From Rubripirellula sp. (GTDB lineage Bacteria > Planctomycetota > Planctomycetia > Pirellulales > Pirellulaceae): a DNA stretch of 64,000 nucleotides. The notes below the pieces were generated by a model. That model searched no databases. It was not told the DNA's origin and was given only the letters and a program-made list of their open reading frames with translations. The stretch covers positions 3,520,001-3,584,000 of the forward strand of contig OZ244207.1 in assembly GCA_965216875.1 (NCBI GenBank). The letters are read 5' to 3'. The position numbers and the translations under genes were made by a program. Below are positions 37,975-47,945 of the stretch, one piece after another. Every line of letters starts with the position of its first letter. Within the stretch, counting starts at the first letter, position 1.

Positions 37975-40812
37975 ATGAATCACATTGCCCCAACCATTCC
38001 CGATTACCTTCGACCGCCCTGCGACCAGCTCTGGCGTTGGGAAGACAATGGAGATGCCGCAACCTGGTGCGATGACCATGGAACGATCGCGTTTCGGTCC
38101 CAGCTTGAGCAAGTGCTTCGGCAAGTCGTTTCCGCGCTCGATGGTTTGCCGTCGTTGACCTCGGTAATGCTTGTTGTTGATGCGTGCAACGGGCATGTTG
38201 ATGAAGCGATCGTCCATCGCCTTTGGAATCTGAGCGACGCGAGATCTGAAAGCCTTTCGGTTGTGGTGGGTGATTCCAACGAGATCAGTGAAAGCCTTGA
38301 TTCCATTACGGAGATTCGGAATTGGCTTGAAGCGATCGCGCGGCTGCCGGGCGATTTGCGGAGCGGCGTGTCGGCGCAAGCTTCATTGATCACTTTTTCG
38401 CTCCAAAACGCTCCGCGTTCGACATTCGAAGTCGAACAGCAAGCAGCCGTGTCAATGATCGACCGGCTTGCCGTCCAGGGCGAGCTTCGCGATTCGAATT
38501 GGGCCGATGATGCGGAGGGTTTTCGAAACGGGCATCGCTGTCGTCATGCCATTGCCAATCTGCGATTGATGGCGCAACACCGTGTCGATGCCGATGCCCT
38601 GCGACTTTGGAAATCGGCGGGCACAGATCAAGTGCCCGAGGGACTGGACCCACTCTCGAATCATGACGACGAGCCGACCACACTTCGCCAGACACTTGAG
38701 GAGCTGGCCGGCGATGACCTCTGGGGCAGTGTTGCGCAAACCGCACTCGACGTTGCCAGTTGGTTGTCGCTACCGCGTCGTCCGAGCGATCCTGATGTCC
38801 TGCCCGTCGGTGGCGTTTCGGATGTGACCAACCGCGGTGACCCCGAACGTCTGTTGATGACCGAATTGGCCCAGGAACCACTTGCCATGCTCGCGCGCAT
38901 CGCCTCGGGACAGGCGTTGTACTTGCGACGCGAAACTCCGCCGGGTCCGTCACCCGATTTCCGCCCAGTCTTCCTCGAATCAGGCATCCGCACCTGGGGT
39001 TCACCGCGTTTGGAAATCGCCTCCGTCGGTCTCGGCATCGCTGCTTTGGAAGAGTCGCGCACTGGGATGGAGATCAAAATCTTGAGCGTCGCTGGCGACA
39101 AAGCGACGGTCGAAGATTTCTCCGGTCGTGACGGGATCATCGAGCATCTCGAACGGCTTAACACGGCGCCGCATCCAGGCGAAGCGATGATCCAATGGAT
39201 GGACAAGGCGTGTCAGCTCGATCAACCGATTGCGGACCCGATCATGGTCATCACGGCCGCCACGGACCGCGATGCCGAGTTTCGCCGTGTCACGAGCGAG
39301 CTACCGTCCGGATTCCTTGTCGTTCGTATCGAAAGCGACCACTCGGCAACGCTGCTTCGACGCACGCCCCTGGGCGACGAATCGCTGCAGAGCCTTTCCC
39401 TTCAACGTCAACAGCCAAAGCCACAACCCAAATTGGCGGGTCCTTCGCCCAACCTGCGCATCACCGACTCGTCGTTGGCTTTGTTTTTAAACATGAATCC
39501 GTGCCCTCTGCGATTCGCTGATTCGCTCGAAGGCAAATGGGCGGGAGCCTCAGCCTCGCTCGTCACGCCGGGCCTGTTTTCGATCACTTCGGACAAGCGG
39601 CTCCTTTGGTTCCACGATTCAAACCTCGGAGCAAGGCAATTGGTCGACCGTGTTCCGTCGGACGTCGTCCGCGCACAGGAACTCAATGGCGACGAAGCGT
39701 CTTTGGTTGTCGGCGCGACCGGCGCCCCGCAACATGTGCTCAACGTTTGCGCCACCACCGGCGAGATCACTTGCTTGCAGCTCCCCTCGGCGTCCGGCCC
39801 GGCAACCTACGTGTTTGATCAGGGTTCGCTCTTTCGAATCGGCAACCAGATCGAGCTGATTGACCGCCACACTGGCGAAGTGATCGACAAAAGCAACAAT
39901 CGGCTGACGCACATTGGCGGTCCCGTCTTGGGAAGTTCCCAACTTCACGTGATCGCCAACGGTGGCAATCAAATCGTCACTCATCGGATGACCGATCCCT
40001 TCAAACCGTCTTCATGTGCCTACCTTGCGGTCCGAAACAGCGACGGCGTGCTGGTTGTCATTGACCGCAACATGCAACGGTGTGTTCTCGATGCACAAGC
40101 TTCGACGGAAACCGGCGTGGATCAAACCCACCATCCACTCTTGGGTCCTCTCAAACTTGCTTACCAAAGCTCAAACAAACAGACCGTTGTGATCGAAGGA
40201 TCCCGTTCACCAAACCCTTACACTCCCGATCACCAGCGAGACAATCGGCGAGTTTTGAATCTAACAACGGGGCAGGTCAAGGTTCCCATTGTCCGGAGTT
40301 CCAACCTTCTTCACTTGGTAAGCGAATTCGATCCCGTGCTCTCTGGCCTTCAGCAAACACGCAACCTGCTGATCCGGTTGTCGGGGGTTTCTTTTGAGGG
40401 TGAGGATTTCTTTGTCGTGATGAAGCGTGGTCGACGACGTCAGCTGGTCGCGAAACCGGAGCGGAACCGAATGGTAATCGAGCCTACCGTCGGGTTAGCT
40501 TACCGCTACCATGCGTTCTCGAGAGCGACGCGCATTGAAACTCGGGCTGGTGCAACACAATGGAAGCTGCGCACGACGACCGTCGGTGCCAATCGAATCA
40601 CAGCTGACTCGCGCGGCTTGTTGCATCTTCGCCGCGGCGACGACAGAAGCGAAATCACTTTGATGCTGTACGAATCTTGGTTGAGTGGTTGGACAAGCTG
40701 GGGTGCCAAGTTTGGTGACCCTTACTTTACCGGCGAGCCCCAGTCGGACCTTGATGCCGACGTCGTCCTCTGGCTGAAGGAGTTTGCAAGACAATGCAGC
40801 CAATTGAGCTAA
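37975..40812 (+). CDS. Large bpX0/bpX1-type protein with vWA-like and beta-rich regions
   Basis: GGVSDVTNRGDPERLLMTELA...RIASGQALYLRRETPP, ESGIRTWGSPR and C-terminal DSRGLLHLR motifs; ATG 1 nt after the previous stop. Confidence 0.65.
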   Translation: MNHIAPTIPDYLRPPCDQLWRWEDNGDAATWCDDHGTIAFRSQLEQVLRQVVSALDGLPSLTSVMLVVDACNGHVDEAIVHRLWNLSDARSESLSVVVGDSNEISESLDSITEIRNWLEAIARLPGDLRSGVSAQASLITFSLQNAPRSTFEVEQQAAVSMIDRLAVQGELRDSNWADDAEGFRNGHRCRHAIANLRLMAQHRVDADALRLWKSAGTDQVPEGLDPLSNHDDEPTTLRQTLEELAGDDLWGSVAQTALDVASWLSLPRRPSDPDVLPVGGVSDVTNRGDPERLLMTELAQEPLAMLARIASGQALYLRRETPPGPSPDFRPVFLESGIRTWGSPRLEIASVGLGIAALEESRTGMEIKILSVAGDKATVEDFSGRDGIIEHLERLNTAPHPGEAMIQWMDKACQLDQPIADPIMVITAATDRDAEFRRVTSELPSGFLVVRIESDHSATLLRRTPLGDESLQSLSLQRQQPKPQPKLAGPSPNLRITDSSLALFLNMNPCPLRFADSLEGKWAGASASLVTPGLFSITSDKRLLWFHDSNLGARQLVDRVPSDVVRAQELNGDEASLVVGATGAPQHVLNVCATTGEITCLQLPSASGPATYVFDQGSLFRIGNQIELIDRHTGEVIDKSNNRLTHIGGPVLGSSQLHVIANGGNQIVTHRMTDPFKPSSCAYLAVRNSDGVLVVIDRNMQRCVLDAQASTETGVDQTHHPLLGPLKLAYQSSNKQTVVIEGSRSPNPYTPDHQRDNRRVLNLTTGQVKVPIVRSSNLLHLVSEFDPVLSGLQQTRNLLIRLSGVSFEGEDFFVVMKRGRRRQLVAKPERNRMVIEPTVGLAYRYHAFSRATRIETRAGATQWKLRTTTVGANRITADSRGLLHLRRGDDRSEITLMLYESWLSGWTSWGAKFGDPYFTGEPQSDLDADVVLWLKEFARQCSQLS

Positions 40813-43754
40813 CACTCGCCCCCAACCCTCAGCATCGCGGACAGGACCAAGTCGTCTCCACCTCGTGTGCAGCGATGGTTTTCCGCTCGGCGCACGAGAC
40901 GGTCGGTGCGTTACTTGCAAGGATCATTGCGACCGAGAGCTTGCGTGAGGGCACACTCTATCCGGTCCCGACTAGCCGAGACGATATCACTTGCGCCGGT
41001 ATTGTTTGGATCAACAAGGATGACGAAGCGCGGGTCGACTGTTTACCCGATGCGATCCCTTTGTACAAACCAGCGTCCGATCTCGAGATTTGGTTGCCGC
41101 GGTTAAGTCAAATCGCCCCCGCGTTGCCAAGTGGAATGTTGCGAGATGCCGCGGCCAAGGATCAACTGATCCGCGTCTGGCTACCCCATCTCGGGCTGGT
41201 TGGTTTTGCCAAAGACGATGCGATTTGCGCGCGTGATTGGGTCACCACCGCAGATCGAGGCAGCGCCAGACCTTGGTCGATGCCACCGGAAACGTGGTCG
41301 CCTCCCCAACACCTTTCCGAGCTGTCGATGTTGCAGCCACCATCGCTCGAATCGTTTCTGTCAGGTCTTCAAAGTGAGCTTGGCCCCTCCGACGAGCGTT
41401 TGATCGACGTTGACAGCGATGGAATAGCAGAAACGCCAAACCCCGCCGGAAAAATGCGAGGTTGGGTCCTACGCAAACTCGACCAACTTGCCGAGTTCGG
41501 CCGGTCCAAAAAGAAACCTGACGAAGAAAGCCAATCCTCAGGGAAACTTAGCGAGAAAAACAAAAACCCAGCCTCCGGTGCCGCCGGTGCTGCAGCGGCG
41601 GCCGGTCTGGCAGGCGCCGCTGGCGCTGCCGGTGCGGCGGCAGCCATGGGCAAAATGCTCGGCAAGATATCGGCTCCGATGGCGGCCGCCATGTCACGAA
41701 TGATGCAAGGTGAGCGCGAAGATCAAATCGAGAAGTTGCTCAAGATGATGAGCAAGAATCCTGATGAAGCACTCAAGTACGCGATTCCTCTTAACAGTCT
41801 TGCGGAAACGTTCCGTGGTTTCTCGATGCCCGGCGCAGCACTCACCTCGCGACTGACCGATTTCTCGATGGGGTCGTTGTTTGGTGGCGGCAGCGCGCCT
41901 GCTGATTTTTGGTCGATCAACCACGATCTGCAAATGAAGCTGCAGCAGAAGTATCGCGAGCAAGCCAATCGCGAGATCGCAGCGGGGCGTTATCGTCGTG
42001 CCGCCTACATCTTTGCCCACCTTTTAGCCGACCTGCGCGCCGCCGCTTCGGTACTTGAACGGGGAAAGTTCTATGCCGAGGCTGCAGTGCTTTACCGTGA
42101 CAAATTGCATGACAAACCTTCAGCAGCGCGGTGCTTCGCATCCTGTGGCATGTACGTCGAAGCTTGCGAGCTCTTCCTTTCGATGAATCAATACGAGCGT
42201 GCTGGTGAAATCTGGGTCTCGGCGGAGGAGCCGGACCGGGCTCGCGAGATGTTTGAACAGGCCTTCCGTAATTACAAGAGCCAGGGCGCGATCGTCTCGG
42301 CAGCCAAAGTGCTTGACGCACGATTGCAGCGCCGCGATGAAGCGATCGAACTGCTGTGCGACCAATGGCCGACTGGACCAGATGCCCAACAAGGTGCGCT
42401 GCTCGCGTTTCAATGGATGGGGGAAGACGGTCGTCATGAACAGGCGGATCGCACGATTCGTCAAATGCACGAGTCCTCGGTGCCGCACTACCGAGCCAAC
42501 TTTGCAGCGCTCGCTGCCGATACCGCCAAACGCTACCCTGATCGAACCGTGCGTGAGATCAGCGAAGACCTTTGCCGATTGAGTGCCGCGTCTTCACTCA
42601 AATCGGGCGCTCCGATCGAACGCAATTCCGTGCTTGAGTCCCTTGGCGAGCTCACACCTTCGGACCCTCAGCTCAAACGCGACGCGATCCGGTTTGCAGA
42701 TCAACAGCGCGAGCGGGAAAGAGCCCAACAGTTACCAAGGAAGAAACCTAAACGAGGAGCGCCGCATCATCTTGGTGATTGGGATCTTCCCCCGGACTAT
42801 CGTTACCTTGGTTGTCGCGCAGTCGAGCACTGGAACAGCCAACAACTTGTTGTCATCGCTGCCCGCAACCAAAGTCTTGTACTGCGGCGAATTACGAACA
42901 CAAAGCGATATAGCGTCGGCGAAGTCACGACGCCGATTGCACTGCGTCGAGATGCCGATTCGATATCGGCAAGCGATATCATGTTCGGCAAAGTCGGTGA
43001 CTCGCCGCACGATCGCTCGATATTGCGCGTCGAAGTCTACGCGCCCATCATCGAGAACGGGGTCAGCCAAGCGGCTTCCTTCCCCATTGCTCGACTACAA
43101 GCCAAGCGTAGTGATCAAATCGTTGCCGTCGCCTGCGGCCCCGATGATGAACCATGGGAGCTGAGCTTCGATTCGCAGTCGCTTGAGCTACGTCATCAAC
43201 ACCACCGCACCTATGACCTGACCGAACATCTCGTCGAAGCGGTGACGGCGAACCCGTTTGAGCAAGTTCTTGAAGATGACGACTTGTCCAGCGGCGGAAT
43301 GCGTTTCACTCTCGCCGTCGCGGCGGGCTGGCCAGTGATTGGTATCAATCGCCACCTCTTTGAACTTCGCCGCGGTGAGATTGTGGCTCTCGACGTCATC
43401 ACCGGTGAAATCAACTACCTTGCACCTTCGCCTCGACACAGCCGCAATCGAGTCGCGATTGCACATGATCGCGGATTGGACGTCATGTATTTGGATGTCA
43501 ACGAATCGGTGTCGGTCTGCAGCCACCGATCCTACGAACGAGTGATTTGGGCTGGTCAGGGGCGAATCGTCGCAATCAGTGGAACGACGCTGCACTCCTT
43601 TGAATACGACCAGACGCGTTTCCGCCCAACGGGACGTGCCCACTTGAAACGCCCCGACGGGGAAACGTCTCCGATCGAACTCCTAGCGTTGAACACGGAC
43701 ATTGTGGCGGTCGTCTGGACCAACGGATCGATCGCTCGTTATCTTCTACCGTGA
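40794..43754 (+). CDS. bpX3-type protein with TPR-like helices and a C-terminal beta-propeller-like region
   Basis: NPDEALKYAIPL and YRRAAYIFAHLLAD...YAEAAVLY motifs; overlaps the upstream gene. Confidence 0.65.
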   Translation: MQPIELTLAPNPQHRGQDQVVSTSCAAMVFRSAHETVGALLARIIATESLREGTLYPVPTSRDDITCAGIVWINKDDEARVDCLPDAIPLYKPASDLEIWLPRLSQIAPALPSGMLRDAAAKDQLIRVWLPHLGLVGFAKDDAICARDWVTTADRGSARPWSMPPETWSPPQHLSELSMLQPPSLESFLSGLQSELGPSDERLIDVDSDGIAETPNPAGKMRGWVLRKLDQLAEFGRSKKKPDEESQSSGKLSEKNKNPASGAAGAAAAAGLAGAAGAAGAAAAMGKMLGKISAPMAAAMSRMMQGEREDQIEKLLKMMSKNPDEALKYAIPLNSLAETFRGFSMPGAALTSRLTDFSMGSLFGGGSAPADFWSINHDLQMKLQQKYREQANREIAAGRYRRAAYIFAHLLADLRAAASVLERGKFYAEAAVLYRDKLHDKPSAARCFASCGMYVEACELFLSMNQYERAGEIWVSAEEPDRAREMFEQAFRNYKSQGAIVSAAKVLDARLQRRDEAIELLCDQWPTGPDAQQGALLAFQWMGEDGRHEQADRTIRQMHESSVPHYRANFAALAADTAKRYPDRTVREISEDLCRLSAASSLKSGAPIERNSVLESLGELTPSDPQLKRDAIRFADQQRERERAQQLPRKKPKRGAPHHLGDWDLPPDYRYLGCRAVEHWNSQQLVVIAARNQSLVLRRITNTKRYSVGEVTTPIALRRDADSISASDIMFGKVGDSPHDRSILRVEVYAPIIENGVSQAASFPIARLQAKRSDQIVAVACGPDDEPWELSFDSQSLELRHQHHRTYDLTEHLVEAVTANPFEQVLEDDDLSSGGMRFTLAVAAGWPVIGINRHLFELRRGEIVALDVITGEINYLAPSPRHSRNRVAIAHDRGLDVMYLDVNESVSVCSHRSYERVIWAGQGRIVAISGTTLHSFEYDQTRFRPTGRAHLKRPDGETSPIELLALNTDIVAVVWTNGSIARYLLP

Positions 43755-44107
43755 TGACCGAGCGTTCGAACCCACCCGCCAAAGACCACCGCCGCACGAT
43801 TGTGCTGGTACTGGCTATCGTTCTACTGACCACCTACGTGTTTTCCTCGTGGTCCAATCTTGGTGGCGCTTCGGGAGAATTCACGCGAGCGGCGAGTGGT
43901 CGAATCGGATTGTTATTGATCGCACTCTGGCTAGCGTGGCCATCGCTTCGCCGTCCAGCAAGCTGGTTGCCGCCCGGCATGGCGGTCGCGGGTGTGATCA
44001 CCCTTGCCGTCCTCGCCGCCCAACCCAAGTTGATCATCGCCGCAGTGCCAGCATTCTTGACCCTATTGACCGTCGCCGGGTTTGTGCGAGCGTTCAAACA
44101 GAAATAG
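43751..44107 (+). CDS. Small membrane protein
   Basis: About four TM segments; start overlaps the upstream stop. Confidence 0.7.
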   Translation: MMTERSNPPAKDHRRTIVLVLAIVLLTTYVFSSWSNLGGASGEFTRAASGRIGLLLIALWLAWPSLRRPASWLPPGMAVAGVITLAVLAAQPKLIIAAVPAFLTLLTVAGFVRAFKQK

Positions 44108-44129
44108 GTTGCTGCGAGAACTGGCGGAG

Positions 44130-44400
44130 CCAGTAGCTACCTTCGCCAGAAGGTGGTTCTTGTGTGACCGTGCCGGATCTGTGTCGCTGTCGCTCCTTGA
44201 TCCGGCCTACGAAAGATTCCGGCTAAAGCTCGGTACTACGAACTGGATCCCGCCCCGTAGCTACCTTCGCCAGAAGGTGGAAGGCGATCACGGACGCCTA
44301 TCACGAAAGTCACGAGAAGGCTTGGTGCGTGCAAGCACACACCCTACGGCCTTTCCTTGCCGGATCTGTGTCGCTGTCGCTCCTTGATCCGGCCTACGCC
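44130..44400. repeat. REP mosaic
   Basis: gtagctaccttcgccagaaggtgg at 44133 and 44257; tgccggatctgtgtcgctgtcgctccttgatccggcctac x2; gattccggctaaagctcggtactacgaac. Confidence 0.85.
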
Positions 44401-44405
44401 GACGC

Positions 44406-44807
44406 CTACTGAATCAATCGCCAGTTGACTGGGTACTCATAGTGCTGGCCGTCCTTGACCGCCAATGCGGCGATGATTCCAAAGATCACCTGCATCAACA
44501 TGGGGACGAAGATCAGCGGGAACAGCATCCCACAGCTGACGGCGATCAGCACACCACAAACGATTGCGATCAAGAACATGGTGATTTGAAAGTTCAGCGC
44601 CTCTTTCGCCTGCGTTTCGACGTAGGGCGAAGAATCCTTCTTCATCAGATAGATCACCAGCGGGCCGACAAACCCAAGGTAACCGCCGGTGAACAAACCA
44701 ACCAAACCCGACAGGTGTGCAATCAAAGCGAGATTGCGATCATCGCTGGAGGGAGTGAATTCAAGATCGTTCACGGGAGGTGGGTAGGGGTTGGTTGGGT
44801 CGCTCAT
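44406..44807 (-). CDS. DUF4870 (Tic20-like) membrane protein
   Basis: AHLS, GPLVIYL, QAKEALNFQIT and YEYP motifs. Confidence 0.85.
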   Translation of the reverse strand: MSDPTNPYPPPVNDLEFTPSSDDRNLALIAHLSGLVGLFTGGYLGFVGPLVIYLMKKDSSPYVETQAKEALNFQITMFLIAIVCGVLIAVSCGMLFPLIFVPMLMQVIFGIIAALAVKDGQHYEYPVNWRLIQ

Positions 44808-45074
44808 CGTTGTTCCTTTTTCTCTTCTTCTATCACGGCAATGCCGGATCTGTCTGTCGGCAATGCCGGGTTTCTCATGCGGCTAAGTCTCTTGGCAGCG
44901 TGAGATTCGGGCGCCAACAAGCTTGCGGTTCTATTTTGGCGGTTTCCGAGGTGGCATGCCAACGCGTCGATTGCGGGATTGAGTTTGTTTTTTCGACCCG
45001 CTCATCATTTGCCTGCCACTTAAAGAGGCTCGAAAAGGTGTTCGTTTTGGCGCGACAACTCTTGGCCCTGCTCC

Positions 45075-45202
45075 CAGAATTGGCGTATTGGCCACTACGG
45101 TTTGGCGTATTGCTTGATGCGATTTGGCGATTGGACCGGTGCAATTTCGCGATTGACCCAGTGCAATTTCGCGATTGGCCCGTGCAATTTTGCGATTGGC
45201 TA
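45075..45202. repeat. 21-22-bp direct repeat array (gtgcaatttcgcgattggccc)
   Basis: Near-identical copies at 45139, 45161 and 45182; degenerate copies upstream. Confidence 0.75.
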
Positions 45203-45477
45203 CGTCGGAATCCCGCGTGTTGCCGCGACCTGGCAAGGCTGGGAGAGTTTGCGGCCGGGAAAAAACGTGAAACACGAGTTCGCCCGTAATCAGCCACAAA
45301 ATCCGAAAAAACCTACCACGTCTCCCTCGGTACGACCGAAACAACCAACAACACCGGTCTGGTTGGACCGTTCGACGATAATCACGACCCGCGGTGATAC
45401 CGTCCTCTCGTGAAGTGCGATTGGATTTCGGATGGCGTTGGGCCCAGAGTGATTTAGGACTGCAGGGAGGCATTTCG

Positions 45478-46731
45478 ATGCGACGCAAGTATTTCGGATT
45501 GGCGATTGCCGCGATCGCTACTCTCGGGCCAATGCAGGCCTGGGGTGGTGACCGTGAGATCGCAGAACAAATCATCAAGCGACTGAAAACCAATCGCGAT
45601 TCAGGTGCTTTGAAGGACTTCACCCTCGACATGAAGGTCGACAAGGGTGTGGTACTTTTCCGCGGCAATGTGGCCAAAGATCAACAGAAAGATCTTGTCC
45701 TCAGTGCTGCCAAAGGCATCGAAGGCATCAGCAAAGTGGTTGACGAAGTGACCGTCACCAAAGCTGAAGCAACGGCCAAAGTATTCAAGCCAAAGGCTGC
45801 GGTTGCTGCAAAAACCGAAGCCAAGCCCGCCAAAGACAAGTTCTCGTTCCGAGAAGCCTTGGCTGCACAGGCTGGCAAAATTCAAGTTGCAAAGCCAGCA
45901 CCGCTGCAAGTGATGCCAGGCGAAGTTCGCACGACAGCGGCCGTCGAGCCTGCTGCCGAGCCACTTCCAGCACCAGCACCGGTTGCTGCACCAGCACCTG
46001 TCGCGACTCCCGCACCAGCACCTGTCGCTGCTGCTCAACCTAGCAGCGACCAAGAGGTCGTTTCGGCAGTCGTTTCGGCTCTCAGCAAAGCACGTGACAA
46101 CGGCCAACTCAAGGGTTTCGGCGTCGACGTCAAGAGCCACAACGGTGTTCTGCAATTGACCGGACGCGCTAGCTCGCCCGCTCAACGCGACACGATCTTG
46201 CGTATCGCAGAAAGCATCCCAGGTGTTTCGGGCGTCCGCGAAGCCATTGCCATTCCAACGGCAGCTCCCGCTTTGCCACCACTTCCGAAGCCACCCGCAC
46301 TGCAAGAAGCTGCGGTTGCTAGCTTGAGCCCCGTTGCGGTTGACCAAGTCAATCGCCCAACTCGCCAAGGAACGCCAGCCGCTTTCGCTGCTGCTCCAAT
46401 GAACATCCCTGGCCAAATGGCTCACTACCGCATGCAAGGTCAAATGCAGGGCCAAGCTGCACCGGTCGCTGGCCAACCCGTCCCAATGGCACCTTATGGA
46501 GCCGCTGGTGCAGGTCCTCGCTACGACACGCCAAACCTGCCCAACTACGCATGGCCAGGCTACGCAGCTTACCCCAACTACGCCGCTGTGACTTACCCAC
46601 AACAGTACAGCCCATCGGCGTTCCCTTACATCGGACCTTTCTACCCCTACCCACAAGTCCCACTGGGATGGCGTAAAGTCTCCCTCGAATGGGATGACGG
46701 TTGGTGGTTCCTCGACTTCACCGACAAGTAG
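45478..46731 (+). CDS. BON-domain protein (two BON domains, Pro/Ala linkers, Tyr/Pro-rich C-terminus)
   Basis: VDKGVVLFRG..GIEGISKVVDEV and SHNGVLQLTG..IPGVSGVREAI; GGAGG RBS. Confidence 0.85.
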   Translation: MRRKYFGLAIAAIATLGPMQAWGGDREIAEQIIKRLKTNRDSGALKDFTLDMKVDKGVVLFRGNVAKDQQKDLVLSAAKGIEGISKVVDEVTVTKAEATAKVFKPKAAVAAKTEAKPAKDKFSFREALAAQAGKIQVAKPAPLQVMPGEVRTTAAVEPAAEPLPAPAPVAAPAPVATPAPAPVAAAQPSSDQEVVSAVVSALSKARDNGQLKGFGVDVKSHNGVLQLTGRASSPAQRDTILRIAESIPGVSGVREAIAIPTAAPALPPLPKPPALQEAAVASLSPVAVDQVNRPTRQGTPAAFAAAPMNIPGQMAHYRMQGQMQGQAAPVAGQPVPMAPYGAAGAGPRYDTPNLPNYAWPGYAAYPNYAAVTYPQQYSPSAFPYIGPFYPYPQVPLGWRKVSLEWDDGWWFLDFTDK

Positions 46732-46762
46732 TTGAAGTCGACTCCGATCGAATGAACGATAG

Positions 46763-46796
46763 ACCCGCGAGCAACCCGATTGCTCGCGGGTTTTTT
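46763..46796 (+). terminator. Rho-independent terminator
   Basis: acccgcgagcaa-cccga-ttgctcgcgggt followed by a T-run. Confidence 0.85.
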
Positions 46797-46815
46797 GTTA
46801 GGGGTCAGGCGGCGC

Positions 46816-46983
46816 CAGGCTTCAGGCTTCAGGCTTCAGGCTTCAGGCTTCAGGCTTCAGACTTCAGGCTTCAGGCTTCAGGGATCAGGGAGCAGGGAGC
46901 AGGGATCAGGTCAGCTTTCAGGGGCCTCAGGGGTCGATTTCCAGTCCTGAATTCTGAAGTCTGAAGCCTGACGCCTGAAGCCT
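46816..46983. repeat. Heptamer tandem repeat (caggctt, about 9 copies) with inverted copies
   Basis: 46816-46880 direct; ctgaag.c copies at 46954-46983. Confidence 0.85.
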
Positions 46984-47139
46984 CACCCCTGCCCCCTCAC
47001 CCGCAATCTGGAAACTTCTGACGGTTATTCCGGATTTACCCGCAAGATCAGCATAAGTTCACACGATACAACTACTACACAAGGCGCTGATCGTGAGCAC
47101 AGTCGGCGCGATAGTTACGAACCATGGAAGGTTGCTCGG

Positions 47140-47781
47140 ATGACCAGCACGCAACGTAGTCGCACAATCGAAGACAAGGCGACGGCCGCTCCGAAAAAAC
47201 GTCTTGTTTACTCTCTCGCCGGTAAGGTGACGTTGGGGGCAATGGCATTGTTGGCCGTCTCCACAACCGGTTGTTATGGGATCGGCGGAACGAACATTAA
47301 CCTTGGCTTCCTCGGATACCCCATTCCGGTAAGCCCTTACTTCCAGCACAAGCAAGAAGAAAAGTTCTGGAAGAACGAACGCTACGAGCGTGTGCCTATC
47401 TTGGGACCAACCACCAAGGGTGGACCCGCTGTGGCACTCGACCCGCCAACCGATGACGAGGTCATGCACGCGTTGGAAGAGGCTCGTCCTGTCCAAGGTG
47501 GCATTCCAATGCTTTGGGAAACCCAACGCAACAACGTTCGCATCATCAAAGAGAAGATCGCGGACTATGTTGACCCGCCACGCTTCTATCCTTTGATCGG
47601 GCCAGCCCAGCTGCACCACGCACACTACAAGTGCACGATCTACTTTGACGAAGAAACGATCGTGGGCTACCCCGTGCCGCACACCAAGCAAGACAACGAA
47701 GTGATTGAGACGATCTACATCGACCACAACCACTTCCACATGGTCGGCGACGTCGAACCTTACACGACACCGAACCTGTAA
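47140..47781 (+). CDS. Hypothetical lipoprotein
   Basis: TTGC lipobox-like motif; ordinary globular composition; terminator follows. Confidence 0.75.
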   Translation: MTSTQRSRTIEDKATAAPKKRLVYSLAGKVTLGAMALLAVSTTGCYGIGGTNINLGFLGYPIPVSPYFQHKQEEKFWKNERYERVPILGPTTKGGPAVALDPPTDDEVMHALEEARPVQGGIPMLWETQRNNVRIIKEKIADYVDPPRFYPLIGPAQLHHAHYKCTIYFDEETIVGYPVPHTKQDNEVIETIYIDHNHFHMVGDVEPYTTPNL

Positions 47782-47811
47782 ACCAAACACCGACACACAC
47801 GTGTGGGCACC

Positions 47812-47846
47812 AAGAAAGCCGGCCTCGAAAGAGGTCGGCTTTTCTT
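47812..47846. terminator. Probable bidirectional terminator
   Basis: aagaaagccggcctc-gaaa-gaggtcggcttttctt between convergent genes. Confidence 0.8.
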
Positions 47847-47945
47847 CGTTAGTGTGGACAGGGCAAATCGATCCGCATCTGGATGCGCAGGACACGCGCG
47901 TGAATCCTCGCGACCCGGTTGCGGGTCAATCGAAGGCATTAAGCG

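Noticed and set aside
45139..45202. Mini-CRISPR or plasmid iterons
   Set aside because: The repeats are contiguous with no spacers, and there is no rep or cas gene nearby.
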